Below are positions 38,135-47,900 of a stretch of 64,000 nt of DNA, one piece after another. The position numbers and the translations under genes were made by a program. The notes below the pieces were generated by a model. It was not told where the DNA came from. It saw only the letters and a list, made by a program, of their open reading frames with translations, and did no database searches. Position 1 is the stretch's first letter, and each line of letters opens with the position of its first letter. This stretch comes from a virus: IMG/VR virus record IMGVR_UViG_3300043446_004500, positions 89,678 to 153,677 of that record, one strand, 5' to 3'.

Positions 38135-40537
38135 ATGAAATCTGGAGCAAGTGAAAGTTCTTATCATTACCTTTCACAACACTATGTAATTCCCGAAGAT
38201 GTAGAAGTATCACATCTTCCAGAAGTTCTTAAAAAATCAAATAAACCTTACAAGATTTTATGGGGTCAACACGCATATGACCAACCAGTCTTTGTAAATT
38301 TTAATCACAAAGATGTGACTCATATTGTTTCACCATCACATTGGGCAAAAGAGCAACTCATCAAGTATCATAATGTTCCAAAGAATAAAATTACTGTTAT
38401 TCCAACTGGAGTCAGTGATAGTTTTATCTTTAGTGAAAATAAAACAAAGACTTTTATTCATACTTCAATTCCTTATAAAGGTCTAGAACTTCTTCCTTCA
38501 ATTATTCGTCGTATTCATATAAAGCATCCCGATGCAAAGTTCAAAATCTTTTCATCAATGTCTTTGTATGGACCTTCTAATGACCCTTATATTGAATTGT
38601 ATGAAGAACTTAAGACTTTACCAAATGTAGAGTATTCTGCAGCAGTAGATCAAGAGGAACTTGTAAAGCACTATCAAGAATCAGCATTTTTTATTCATCC
38701 TAATATTTGGGAAGAGACCTTCTGTGTTTCAATGACCGAAGCAATGAAGTGTGGTGCATATCCAATTATTACAAACATTGGTGCATTGGAAGAAGTTGCT
38801 GGTGAAAACTTTGCATCTGTTGTACCGATTGATGGTAACAGGACATCAAAAGGATATGAGGTTACTGAGAACTTTCTAAATACATTTGCAGAGGTTTGTT
38901 GCACTGCTCTAGATTATTTTGAGGTAGATAGAACTTATTATAATCAAATCTCTAAATCACTTTCCAATCATATTTCACAAAAGTGTGATTGGAAAAAAGT
39001 TGCAAAACAATGGGAGAAACTCATCAATACTGTTTGTAGTCCTAATGTATTTTTTAGGGACAACAGTGTTGATAAGTCAATTTATGATGAAGTTTATATT
39101 CAAAATGTTTATGAAATTGAAACCCTAAATGAAGATGATGTTATTGTGGATATTGGTTCTCATTGTGGATATTTTTCCAAATTGTGTCTGGATAAAGGAA
39201 GTAAAAATGTAATTTCCTTTGAAGCAGATGAAAGTAACTACCAATGTTATCTAAAAAATCTATCCAAATATCAGGGATGGAAGTGTAACAATATTGCTGT
39301 TTGGAAAAGAACTTGCGATGAAGTTCCTTTTTACACTTATCCTCACAGTGAAAATACAGGACTTAACTCTTTTTACAAAAATCCTTATATGAATTCCTAT
39401 AAGGAAGTGAAAGTTAAAACAATTTCTTTAGATGATATTTTATCTTCTTATAATAAAATTAAACTATTGAAAATTGATGCTGAAGGAAGTGAATATGATA
39501 TTTTGATGAATTCAAAAGAAATTGAAAAAATTGAAAGTATTGTTGGAGAATATCATAATGATATGACCGACAAAACTATGGATGATTTGAAAACATATTT
39601 GACCAATAAAAACTTTATCATATATAAAACAGTTAAATTTAATCAAACTAGTGGATTATTTTTTGCAAAACACAAGTCTAAAATGAATGGAGAAACTATG
39701 ACTACTGAGAATACTGCATTGACTTATCAACCTATTTCAGCACAACAAGCAGTAATGGATGAAGATTATCTTCATAAGGCATTTCAAAATGTAATGAAGT
39801 GGGAAGAGAGTGATAAAGAACTTGCACAAGGCAGAACAAACTTCCAGTTAGAAAAGTTTGCTCTACTTGAAACTCATACACTTCCTGTTGCTTTTGAAAA
39901 TACACTGAAAGCACGAAGGCAAATGGCGGAAGGTTATATGTATAAACTCATTGAGATGAAAGAAAAGGTTCGTGAGTTTGAATACAAGTGGAAAGACCAA
40001 GATAGAACTCAACCAATCTTCTGGGAAGAAAGTGGTCCTGGTGGTGGTTCAAAGAAACTGCATTGGTTTGACCTGGATGAGCTATCACTCACACATTACC
40101 TAAAGTCTTGTGAACTTGAGATTCGTGACCGTCTTCATCAAATGGAGCACTTGGATAAAATTTTAGATAAACTAATGGAACAGAATGGTGGAAAACCAAT
40201 CACCAGAGAGCAATTCCTGGAAGGCGATGCTCTGTATTGGGAAAGAAGATTTGCAGACCAAGCAATGGATGAAATGATTGCTGCACAGACTGGTATTTCC
40301 ATTGGTAACCTTCACAGTATGCGTCGTGCTTCTGCACCTGCAATTGTTGATAAGAGAAATGAACTTCCAGAAGGTTATCTACCATTGAATAAAATGTTGG
40401 ATAGTCCACACGGTAAAATGGAATTCTTGAATGATTTGCAAAGAAAAGTTCTTACAGGTATTCAAGAAGTTACTGGTCAAAATTTGGGTATGATTACTGG
40501 TAGCCCTGAGGAGCAAAGAAAACTGGAAGGTAACTGA
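38135..40537 (+). CDS. Fusion: GT-B (GT4-like) glycosyltransferase + FkbM methyltransferase + uncharacterised helical domain
   Basis: HTSIPYKGL, EETFCVSMTEAMKCG (ExF..E); VDIGSHCG, LLKIDAEGSEYDIL; C-terminal helical domain from M at 39698. Confidence 0.8.
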   Translation: MKSGASESSYHYLSQHYVIPEDVEVSHLPEVLKKSNKPYKILWGQHAYDQPVFVNFNHKDVTHIVSPSHWAKEQLIKYHNVPKNKITVIPTGVSDSFIFSENKTKTFIHTSIPYKGLELLPSIIRRIHIKHPDAKFKIFSSMSLYGPSNDPYIELYEELKTLPNVEYSAAVDQEELVKHYQESAFFIHPNIWEETFCVSMTEAMKCGAYPIITNIGALEEVAGENFASVVPIDGNRTSKGYEVTENFLNTFAEVCCTALDYFEVDRTYYNQISKSLSNHISQKCDWKKVAKQWEKLINTVCSPNVFFRDNSVDKSIYDEVYIQNVYEIETLNEDDVIVDIGSHCGYFSKLCLDKGSKNVISFEADESNYQCYLKNLSKYQGWKCNNIAVWKRTCDEVPFYTYPHSENTGLNSFYKNPYMNSYKEVKVKTISLDDILSSYNKIKLLKIDAEGSEYDILMNSKEIEKIESIVGEYHNDMTDKTMDDLKTYLTNKNFIIYKTVKFNQTSGLFFAKHKSKMNGETMTTENTALTYQPISAQQAVMDEDYLHKAFQNVMKWEESDKELAQGRTNFQLEKFALLETHTLPVAFENTLKARRQMAEGYMYKLIEMKEKVREFEYKWKDQDRTQPIFWEESGPGGGSKKLHWFDLDELSLTHYLKSCELEIRDRLHQMEHLDKILDKLMEQNGGKPITREQFLEGDALYWERRFADQAMDEMIAAQTGISIGNLHSMRRASAPAIVDKRNELPEGYLPLNKMLDSPHGKMEFLNDLQRKVLTGIQEVTGQNLGMITGSPEEQRKLEGN

Positions 40538-40538
40538 G

Positions 40539-41072
40539 GTGAATCAAAAGTTTATGATTATTGATGACTTTTATGATATTGCTCATCAGTATCATCAAAG
40601 TTTCTTTAGTAAACAGTGTATGATAACTGAAGAGACGACTCAAAAACTTTCTTATATTTTGAGTCGTCCTTTGAAAATTGTAGAAGCATTTAATGAAGTT
40701 ACATTTGAGAATAATGAAAATCCAATCACTGCAAATACTGCTTGTGATTGGATTGCTGTAATTTATTTAACATTACCACCTAATTGTGTAATGAAAAAGG
40801 GATTGAGTTTTCATATTCATAAGAAAACAAGACTTGATAATTTTCCAAATGAGTATGCCTGCCAAATTAATGGTTGGCAGAATATGGATGATATTGTAAA
40901 GTCTTTTGATGTGGATAATGAGAATGAATGGGAAGAATATGCAAATGTGTTTGTAAAATATAATCGTTGTGTGTTATTCAAAGCAGATTATTGGCATTCT
41001 TATGGATATGGTTTTGGTAGTGAAATAAATAACTCAATGCTATACCAGAAGTTGTTAATAAAAAATGCCTAG
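40539..41072 (+). CDS. DUF6445-like (2OG-Fe(II) oxygenase-like) protein, HxD motif absent
   Basis: IIDDFY, WIAVIYL, YNRCVLF..WHS; paralog of 43010-43627. Confidence 0.65.
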   Translation: MNQKFMIIDDFYDIAHQYHQSFFSKQCMITEETTQKLSYILSRPLKIVEAFNEVTFENNENPITANTACDWIAVIYLTLPPNCVMKKGLSFHIHKKTRLDNFPNEYACQINGWQNMDDIVKSFDVDNENEWEEYANVFVKYNRCVLFKADYWHSYGYGFGSEINNSMLYQKLLIKNA

Positions 41073-42990
41073 TCCAAGGGGGATATTTCGACTTAAGCAA
41101 GTATATGAAGAGCAATTAAGTAATAATTGGTCAGTAAAAAGTGATGTATGGTTATCAACTCCTCAAGGAACCATAAACTTTGGATCTGGTGCAGTAGCAA
41201 CTCCACAGACTGGTTACTTTGGTGGAGGTAATCCTGGACCATATTCAACAGTAGATCGTATAGATTACTCCAATGATACAGCAACAGCAGTCGCAAAAGG
41301 ACCATTAAGTGTCGGTAGATATTTCTTAGCAGCAACAGGAAACAGTTCTTATGGTTACTTTGGTGGTGGTGCTACAGTATCAACAGTAGACCGTATAGAT
41401 TATGCTAATGATACTGCAACTGCATCACCAAAAGGACCATTGAGTCTTGCTAGATATGGTGTAGTAGCAACAGGTAACAGTTCTTATGGTTACTTTGGTG
41501 GTGGTAACGGACCCGTATCAACAGTAGACCGTATAGATTATGCTAATGATACTGCAACTGCATCACCTAAAGGACCATTGGGTCCTGCCAGAATAAGACC
41601 TGCAGCAACAGGTAATAGTTCTTATGGTTACTTTGGTGGTGGGTTTTTTCCTAGTCCAGGATCAAGAGTAGACCGTATTGATTACTCTAATGATACTGCA
41701 ACAGCATCACCAAAAGGACCATTGAGTCTTGCTAGATATGACTTAGCAGCAACAGGAAACAGTTCTTATGGTTACTTTGGTGGTGGTTATCCTACAGTAT
41801 CAAGAGTAGATCGTATTGATTACTCTAATGATACAGCAACAGCAGTCGCAAAAGGACCATTGAGTGCGGCAAAATATGGTCCAGGTGCAACAGGTAATAG
41901 TTCTTATGGTTACTTTGGTGGTGGTGCTCCTGGTACATATTCGACAGTAGACCGTATTGATTATGCTAATGATACTGCAACAGCATCACCTAAAGGTCCA
42001 TTGAGTGCTGCTAGAAGATATTTCGCAGCATCAAGTGCAAGAGCAAATGCACTTCCATCAACAAATACTACATTACCACCAGCAAATTTCCCAACTCAAA
42101 GTTATCCAGTCACATTCTATGGTTACTTTGGTGGTGGATATGTTTCTAGTTATGTATCAACAGTAGACCGTGTTGATTATGCTAATGATATTGCAACAGC
42201 ATCACCTAAAGGACCATTGAGTCTTGCTAGAGGATACTTAGCAGCAACAGGTAATAGTTCTTATGGATACTTTGGTGGTGGATATCTAGTATCAACAGTA
42301 GACCGTATAAATTATTCTAATGATACTGCAACAGCAGTCGCAAAAGGACCATTGAGTCTTGCTAGATATGGTTTAGCATCAACAGGAAACAGTTCTTATG
42401 GTTACTTTGGTGGTGGTTTTGCTCCTGGTGCAGTATCAACAGTAGATCGTATTGATTATGCTAATGATACAGCAACAGCAGTCGCAAAAGGACCATTGAG
42501 TGCTGCTAGACAATACTTAGCAGCAACAGGTAACAGTTCTTATGGATACTTTGGTGGTGGTGGTGGTGCTGGAGTATCAAGAGTAGATCGTATTGATTAC
42601 TCTAATGATACTGCTACTGCATCACCTAAAGGACCATTGAGTCTTGCTAGATTTGGTTTAATTGCAACAGGTAATAGTTCTTATGGATACTTTGGTGGTG
42701 GTAATCCTGGTCCAGTATCAAGAGTAGACCGTATTGATTATGCTAATGATACCGCAACTGCATCACCAAAAGGACCACTAAGTGCTGCTAGAAGATACTT
42801 AGCAGCAACAGGAAACAGTTCTTATGGTTACTTTGGTGGTGGTTTGAATCCTGGTGGTTATTTTTCAACAGTAGATCGTATTGATTACTCTAATGATACA
42901 GCAACAGCATCTGTAAAAGGACCATTAAGTGCTGCTAGAGGGTATTATCCAGCAGCAACCTCAGCAGCAGCAAACGGATTACCACAATAA
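41065..42990 (+). CDS. Kelch-like repeat protein, 2 x 6-blade propellers
   Basis: 12 repeats of about 47 aa: ATGNSSYGYFGGG-var-STVDRIDY(S/A)NDTATASPKGPLS.AR. Confidence 0.85.
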   Translation: MPSPRGIFRLKQVYEEQLSNNWSVKSDVWLSTPQGTINFGSGAVATPQTGYFGGGNPGPYSTVDRIDYSNDTATAVAKGPLSVGRYFLAATGNSSYGYFGGGATVSTVDRIDYANDTATASPKGPLSLARYGVVATGNSSYGYFGGGNGPVSTVDRIDYANDTATASPKGPLGPARIRPAATGNSSYGYFGGGFFPSPGSRVDRIDYSNDTATASPKGPLSLARYDLAATGNSSYGYFGGGYPTVSRVDRIDYSNDTATAVAKGPLSAAKYGPGATGNSSYGYFGGGAPGTYSTVDRIDYANDTATASPKGPLSAARRYFAASSARANALPSTNTTLPPANFPTQSYPVTFYGYFGGGYVSSYVSTVDRVDYANDIATASPKGPLSLARGYLAATGNSSYGYFGGGYLVSTVDRINYSNDTATAVAKGPLSLARYGLASTGNSSYGYFGGGFAPGAVSTVDRIDYANDTATAVAKGPLSAARQYLAATGNSSYGYFGGGGGAGVSRVDRIDYSNDTATASPKGPLSLARFGLIATGNSSYGYFGGGNPGPVSRVDRIDYANDTATASPKGPLSAARRYLAATGNSSYGYFGGGLNPGGYFSTVDRIDYSNDTATASVKGPLSAARGYYPAATSAAANGLPQ

Positions 42991-43009
42991 ATACTCAAAA
43001 ATCTTTATT

Positions 43010-43627
43010 ATGAAACAAAATATTATTGTTGTTGATGATTTTTATTCAAATCCACAAGAAGTTAGAGATTTTGCTTTAAAGGCAGAATATCCAGAACCAG
43101 AAGATAACTATACATATCCAGGAAGAAACTCAAACGATTCTTATTACTCACAAGATATTCATAAGTCTTTTGAGAATGTGGTCAAGGAACAACTTATTCC
43201 TGCAGATAAGAATGGATATTTTCGCATTTCATTAGCAACAGATTCTCATCGTCAAGATGTTCACGTAGATCCATCTTGGGAATGGGGTGCTGTAATTTAT
43301 ATGTCTTCACCAGAAGATTGTGTTGATGAGGGTGGTACATCATTCTGGAAACATAATGCTCTTCAAAGTGAAAATATTCCAAAAACCGATGAAGAAGCAC
43401 AGTTTTATGGATATCCAACTTATAAAGAATGTTGGTGGACAACTGTATATGGTGATGGTTTAGATCGTTCAAAGTGGACTCGTTACTTTCTGTGCCCGAT
43501 GAGATATAATAGATTAGTATTGTTTCGTACTCATTTATGGCATTCTCATAATTTTAATTTTGGGAACACTCTTGAAAACGGTAGATTAGTTCAGTTATTT
43601 TTCTTTAATCCAGTTAAGGAGTGGTAG
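43010..43627 (+). CDS. DUF6445-like 2OG-Fe(II) oxygenase
   Basis: IVVDDFYSNP, YPG.., HVD, GAVIYM, GGTSFW, YNRLVLF..WHS; start at ATG 43010 after ATAAATA. Confidence 0.75.
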   Translation: MKQNIIVVDDFYSNPQEVRDFALKAEYPEPEDNYTYPGRNSNDSYYSQDIHKSFENVVKEQLIPADKNGYFRISLATDSHRQDVHVDPSWEWGAVIYMSSPEDCVDEGGTSFWKHNALQSENIPKTDEEAQFYGYPTYKECWWTTVYGDGLDRSKWTRYFLCPMRYNRLVLFRTHLWHSHNFNFGNTLENGRLVQLFFFNPVKEW

Positions 43628-43628
43628 A

Positions 43629-44111
43629 ATGTATAGAGCATATTATGTTCCAAAATTTCCAGTTTCTTATATTACAGATGATGGAAGAGATTTATGGATT
43701 AATGATCCAAATCACATAAGACATCAATGTGGATTTCTTCAGGCAATTCTAGAACACATAGATAATACAAAACACATTGATCCAATAAAAATTGTTATTC
43801 CAGTTGAGGGGCAAGTTCAGGCAGGACCAGCAGGAACATCAAGACTTTATGCTCTTACACATTTGAGAGGTTATACACACGTTCCTGCAATTGTATCCAC
43901 TACACAATATTTTGAATGGTTTGGTGATGATGTTGTAGAAATTATTGATAAAGAGCAAATAAGGTCTTATCTTTTATTAGAACCAGCAGATTATAATATT
44001 GAACCAGATGGAAAAGCATTTTGGCATAATCATAATCCAAATGAAAAGCAAATGAGAGAAACATATAAAATTTCTCCAGAAACATTTGAAAAATTATTGA
44101 GATGTATATGA
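43629..44111 (+). CDS. ParB/sulfiredoxin-fold-like protein
   Basis: IDPIKIV...AGTSRLYAL...HVPAIV resembles the ParB/Srx P-I-x-V...GxxRxxA...VP pattern. Confidence 0.45.
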   Translation: MYRAYYVPKFPVSYITDDGRDLWINDPNHIRHQCGFLQAILEHIDNTKHIDPIKIVIPVEGQVQAGPAGTSRLYALTHLRGYTHVPAIVSTTQYFEWFGDDVVEIIDKEQIRSYLLLEPADYNIEPDGKAFWHNHNPNEKQMRETYKISPETFEKLLRCI

Positions 44112-44938
44112 ATAAGACTTATCATTTTATGGCGGGACTTCCACGATCAGGAAGCACACTACTCAAAAGTATTTTAGATCAAAATCCTAATATTCACGCA
44201 AATCCAGTAAGTCCTGTGATGGAATTGATGTATCATACTGAAGAATATTTGAAAAAAAGTGAGCAATATCTAGGATATCCAAAACCAAAAAGTGCCTATA
44301 AAATTATTAGTAGTTATATTGATAATTATTATTTTGACCGTGAAGAACCAGTTATTATAGATCATTGTCGTGCCTGGACAAATAATATAGAAAGAATTAA
44401 AACTTATATTACACCAAATCCAAAAATCATTTGTCCTGTAAGAGATATTGTTGAAATTCTTACATCTTTTATTACAATGGTTCATCGTAATGATGATCAA
44501 GTTTCATTTATAGATCAACATTTGATAGAAAAAGGTGTTACTGTAGATGATGATAATCGTTGTCAGTATTTAATGAGTGATGATGGAATCGTAGAACAAG
44601 CACTATGGGCACAAGGACAGGCATTTATTAAAAATGATACTCGTCATTTATTAATGATTGAATATAATGATTTGGTGAATACTCCAGATGAAACAATGAA
44701 AAGAATTTATGATTTCTTAGAGATGGATTATTACAATCATAACTTTAGTAATGTTGAAAATAATCATCGTGAGAATGATGACCAGTGGTATTTAAAAGAT
44801 ATGCACTATGTGAGAAAGGAAGTTAAAAAAATATCTAAAAAACCAGAAGATGTATTATCACCCTATATTTTAAATAAATATAAAAAACTGGAATACTGGA
44901 AGTATCCCGAGAGTCCTTATTTAATAAATGGCAACTAA
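44102..44938 (+). CDS. Sulfotransferase
   Basis: 5'-PSB GLPRSGSTLL, 3'-PB CPVRD...S, IEYNDLV.TP..TMKRIYDFL. Confidence 0.88.
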   Translation: MYMNKTYHFMAGLPRSGSTLLKSILDQNPNIHANPVSPVMELMYHTEEYLKKSEQYLGYPKPKSAYKIISSYIDNYYFDREEPVIIDHCRAWTNNIERIKTYITPNPKIICPVRDIVEILTSFITMVHRNDDQVSFIDQHLIEKGVTVDDDNRCQYLMSDDGIVEQALWAQGQAFIKNDTRHLLMIEYNDLVNTPDETMKRIYDFLEMDYYNHNFSNVENNHRENDDQWYLKDMHYVRKEVKKISKKPEDVLSPYILNKYKKLEYWKYPESPYLINGN

Positions 44939-47900
44939 TACAAGAGGAATATTTGCACTTTTAGATGTAAGAGAAAGACAAAACACAGGATATTGGCCTG
45001 TAAAGAGTGGTGTATGGTTAAGTCCAAGCCCTTATTATGGTCCTGCTCCAGATGTTGGTTACTTTGGTGGTGCTCAACCTGCAAATTCAACAGTAGACCG
45101 TGTTGATTACTCTAATGATACTGCAACAGCATCAGTAAGAGGTCCATTAAGTCTTGCTAGAGGATATCTAGCAGCAACAGGTAGTAATTCTTATGGTTAC
45201 TTTGGTGGTGGATGGACTCCTGGTTCAGTATCAACAGTAGACCGTATCAATTACTCTAATGATACTGCAACAGCATCACCTAAAGGACCATTGAGTCTTG
45301 CTAGATATGGTTTAGTAGCAACAGGTAGTAATTCGTATGGTTACTTTGGTGGTGGTCGTGCCGATTATTCGACAGTAGACCGTATTGATTACTCTAATGA
45401 TACTGCAACAGCATCACCTAAAGGACCATTGAGTGCTGCTAGAGGATACTTAGCAGCAACAGGTAACAGTTCTTATGGTTACTTTGGTGGTGGTCTTACA
45501 GTATCAAGAGTAGATCGTATTGATTACTCTAATGATACTGCTACTGCATCACCTAAAGGACCATTGAGTATTGCTAGATATGCTTTAGCAGCAACAGGTA
45601 ACAGTTCTTATGGTTATTTTGGTGGTGGTACTCCTGCAAGATCAACAGTAGATCGTATTGATTATGCTAATGATACAGCAACAGCAGTCGCAAAAGGACC
45701 ATTGAGTGCTATTAGATATCGTTTAGCAGCAACAGGTAATAGTTCTTTTGGTTACTTTGGTGGTGGTTTTGCTTCATCAACAGTAGATCGTATTGATTAC
45801 TCCAATGATACCGCAACAGCAGTTGCAAAAGGACCATTAAGTTCTGCTAGATATTACTTAGCAGCATCAAGTCCTAAAGCAAATGCAATCACAAATTCAG
45901 TGCTTTTGCCCTCATCAGGAGGAACCATAAACTTTGGAACTGGTACAGTAGCAACTCCAAATACTGGTTACTTTGGTGGTGGTACTCCTGGTCCAATATC
46001 AACAGTAGATCGTATAGATTACTCTAACGACACAGCAACAGCAGTCGCAAAAGGTCCATTAATTCTTGCTAGACTTTACTTAGCAGCAACAGGTAATGGT
46101 TCTTATGGATACTTTGGTGGTGGTAACGGGCCCGTATCAACAGTAGATCGTATTAATTACTCCAATGATACTACAACTGCATCACCTAAGGGTCCATTAA
46201 GTGCTGGTAGATATTGGCTTGCTGCAACAGGTAATAATTCTTATGGTTATTTTGCAGCAGGTAGGCCGACTGGAGTATCAACAGTAGATCGTATAGATTA
46301 CTCTAATGATACTGCAACTGCATCACCAAAGGGACCATTAAATTCTGGAAAATTAGCATTAACTGCGACCGGAAATCAATCTTATGGTTACTTTGGTGGT
46401 GGATATGCTTCCATATCAACAGTAGACCGTATTGATTATGCTAATGATACAGCAACAGCATCACCAAAAGGTCTATTAAGTGTTGGTAAAGGTATGTTTG
46501 CTGCAACAGGTAATAGTTCTTATGGTTACTTTGGTGGAGGAAATTATTCAACACCAAATTCTTCTGTAGACCGTATTGATTACTCTAATGATACAGCAAC
46601 AGCATCACCAAAGGGACCATTAAGTGCTGGTAGAGGTGGTTTATCTGCAACAGGAACTAGTTCTTATGGATACTTTGGTGGAGGTAATGGTCCAGTATCA
46701 AGAGTAGATCGTATTGATTACTCTAATGATACTGCAACAGCATCACCTAAAGGACCATTGAGTGCTGCTAGAACATATCTTGCATCATCAAGTGCAAGAG
46801 CAAATGGATTTTCACCAGTGGTTAACACTACATTACCACCAGCAAACACAATATTCCAAAAGTTTCCAGTATTTTTCTATGGGTACTTTATTGGAGGTGC
46901 TCCTGGTCCATTATCAACAATAGATCGAATTGATTATACAAATGATACAATAACAGCATCTCCAAGAGGAACATTATCAGCTGGAAGAGCTGGTGGTGCT
47001 GGAACTGGTAGTAGTTCTTATGGTTATTTTGGTGGAGGTGCTGTTTCATCTGTTAGTAGAATTGATTACTCTAATGATTCATTATTACCATCACCAGGAC
47101 TCAATCTATTATCAAGAGGTCCATTAAATGTTAGTAGGCAATATTTTGGTGCAGCAGGAAATTATAATTATGGTTGGTTTGGTGGAGGATCACCATCAAT
47201 TACTACAGTAGATCGTATTGATTATGCTAATGATACTGCAACAGCATCACCAAAAGGAAATTTAACTTCGGTTACTTTAGGTAATGCAGCAACAGGAAAT
47301 AAAGATTATGGATATTGGGCAGGAGGATATAGTCCTTCTTATAATCAACTAGTAGACCGTATTGATTATGCTAATGATACTGCAACAGCACCATCAAGAA
47401 CAGCATTATCTTCTGCAAGAGGATTATTCTCTGCAACAGGAAACAAAGATTATGGTTACTTTGGTGGAGGATATAATCCTGCTGCAATATCCACAGTAGA
47501 TCGTTTAGATTATGCAAATGATACTGTCTTTTTAGTATCAAAAGGACCATTGAGTGCTGCAAGATATGGTTTAGCGGCAACAGGAAACACAACTAATGGT
47601 TACTTTGGTGGTGGTGCTCCTGGTACATATTCGACAGTAGACCGTATTGATTACTCTAATGATACTGCTACTGCATCACCTAAAGGACCATTGAGTCTTG
47701 CTAGATATTATTTTGGAGCAAATACATCAATTATTAATCTTCTTGATTATGCTTCTTATACTCCTTCTTCAGCACCAGCAACACCACCACCTACAAGTGC
47801 TTACTTTGGTGGTGGTAATGATGATACAAAAGCACTTCAAAGCATTGAAAGAATTGATTATGCAAATGATACTGCAACGGCAACTAATGATTCTTGTTTG

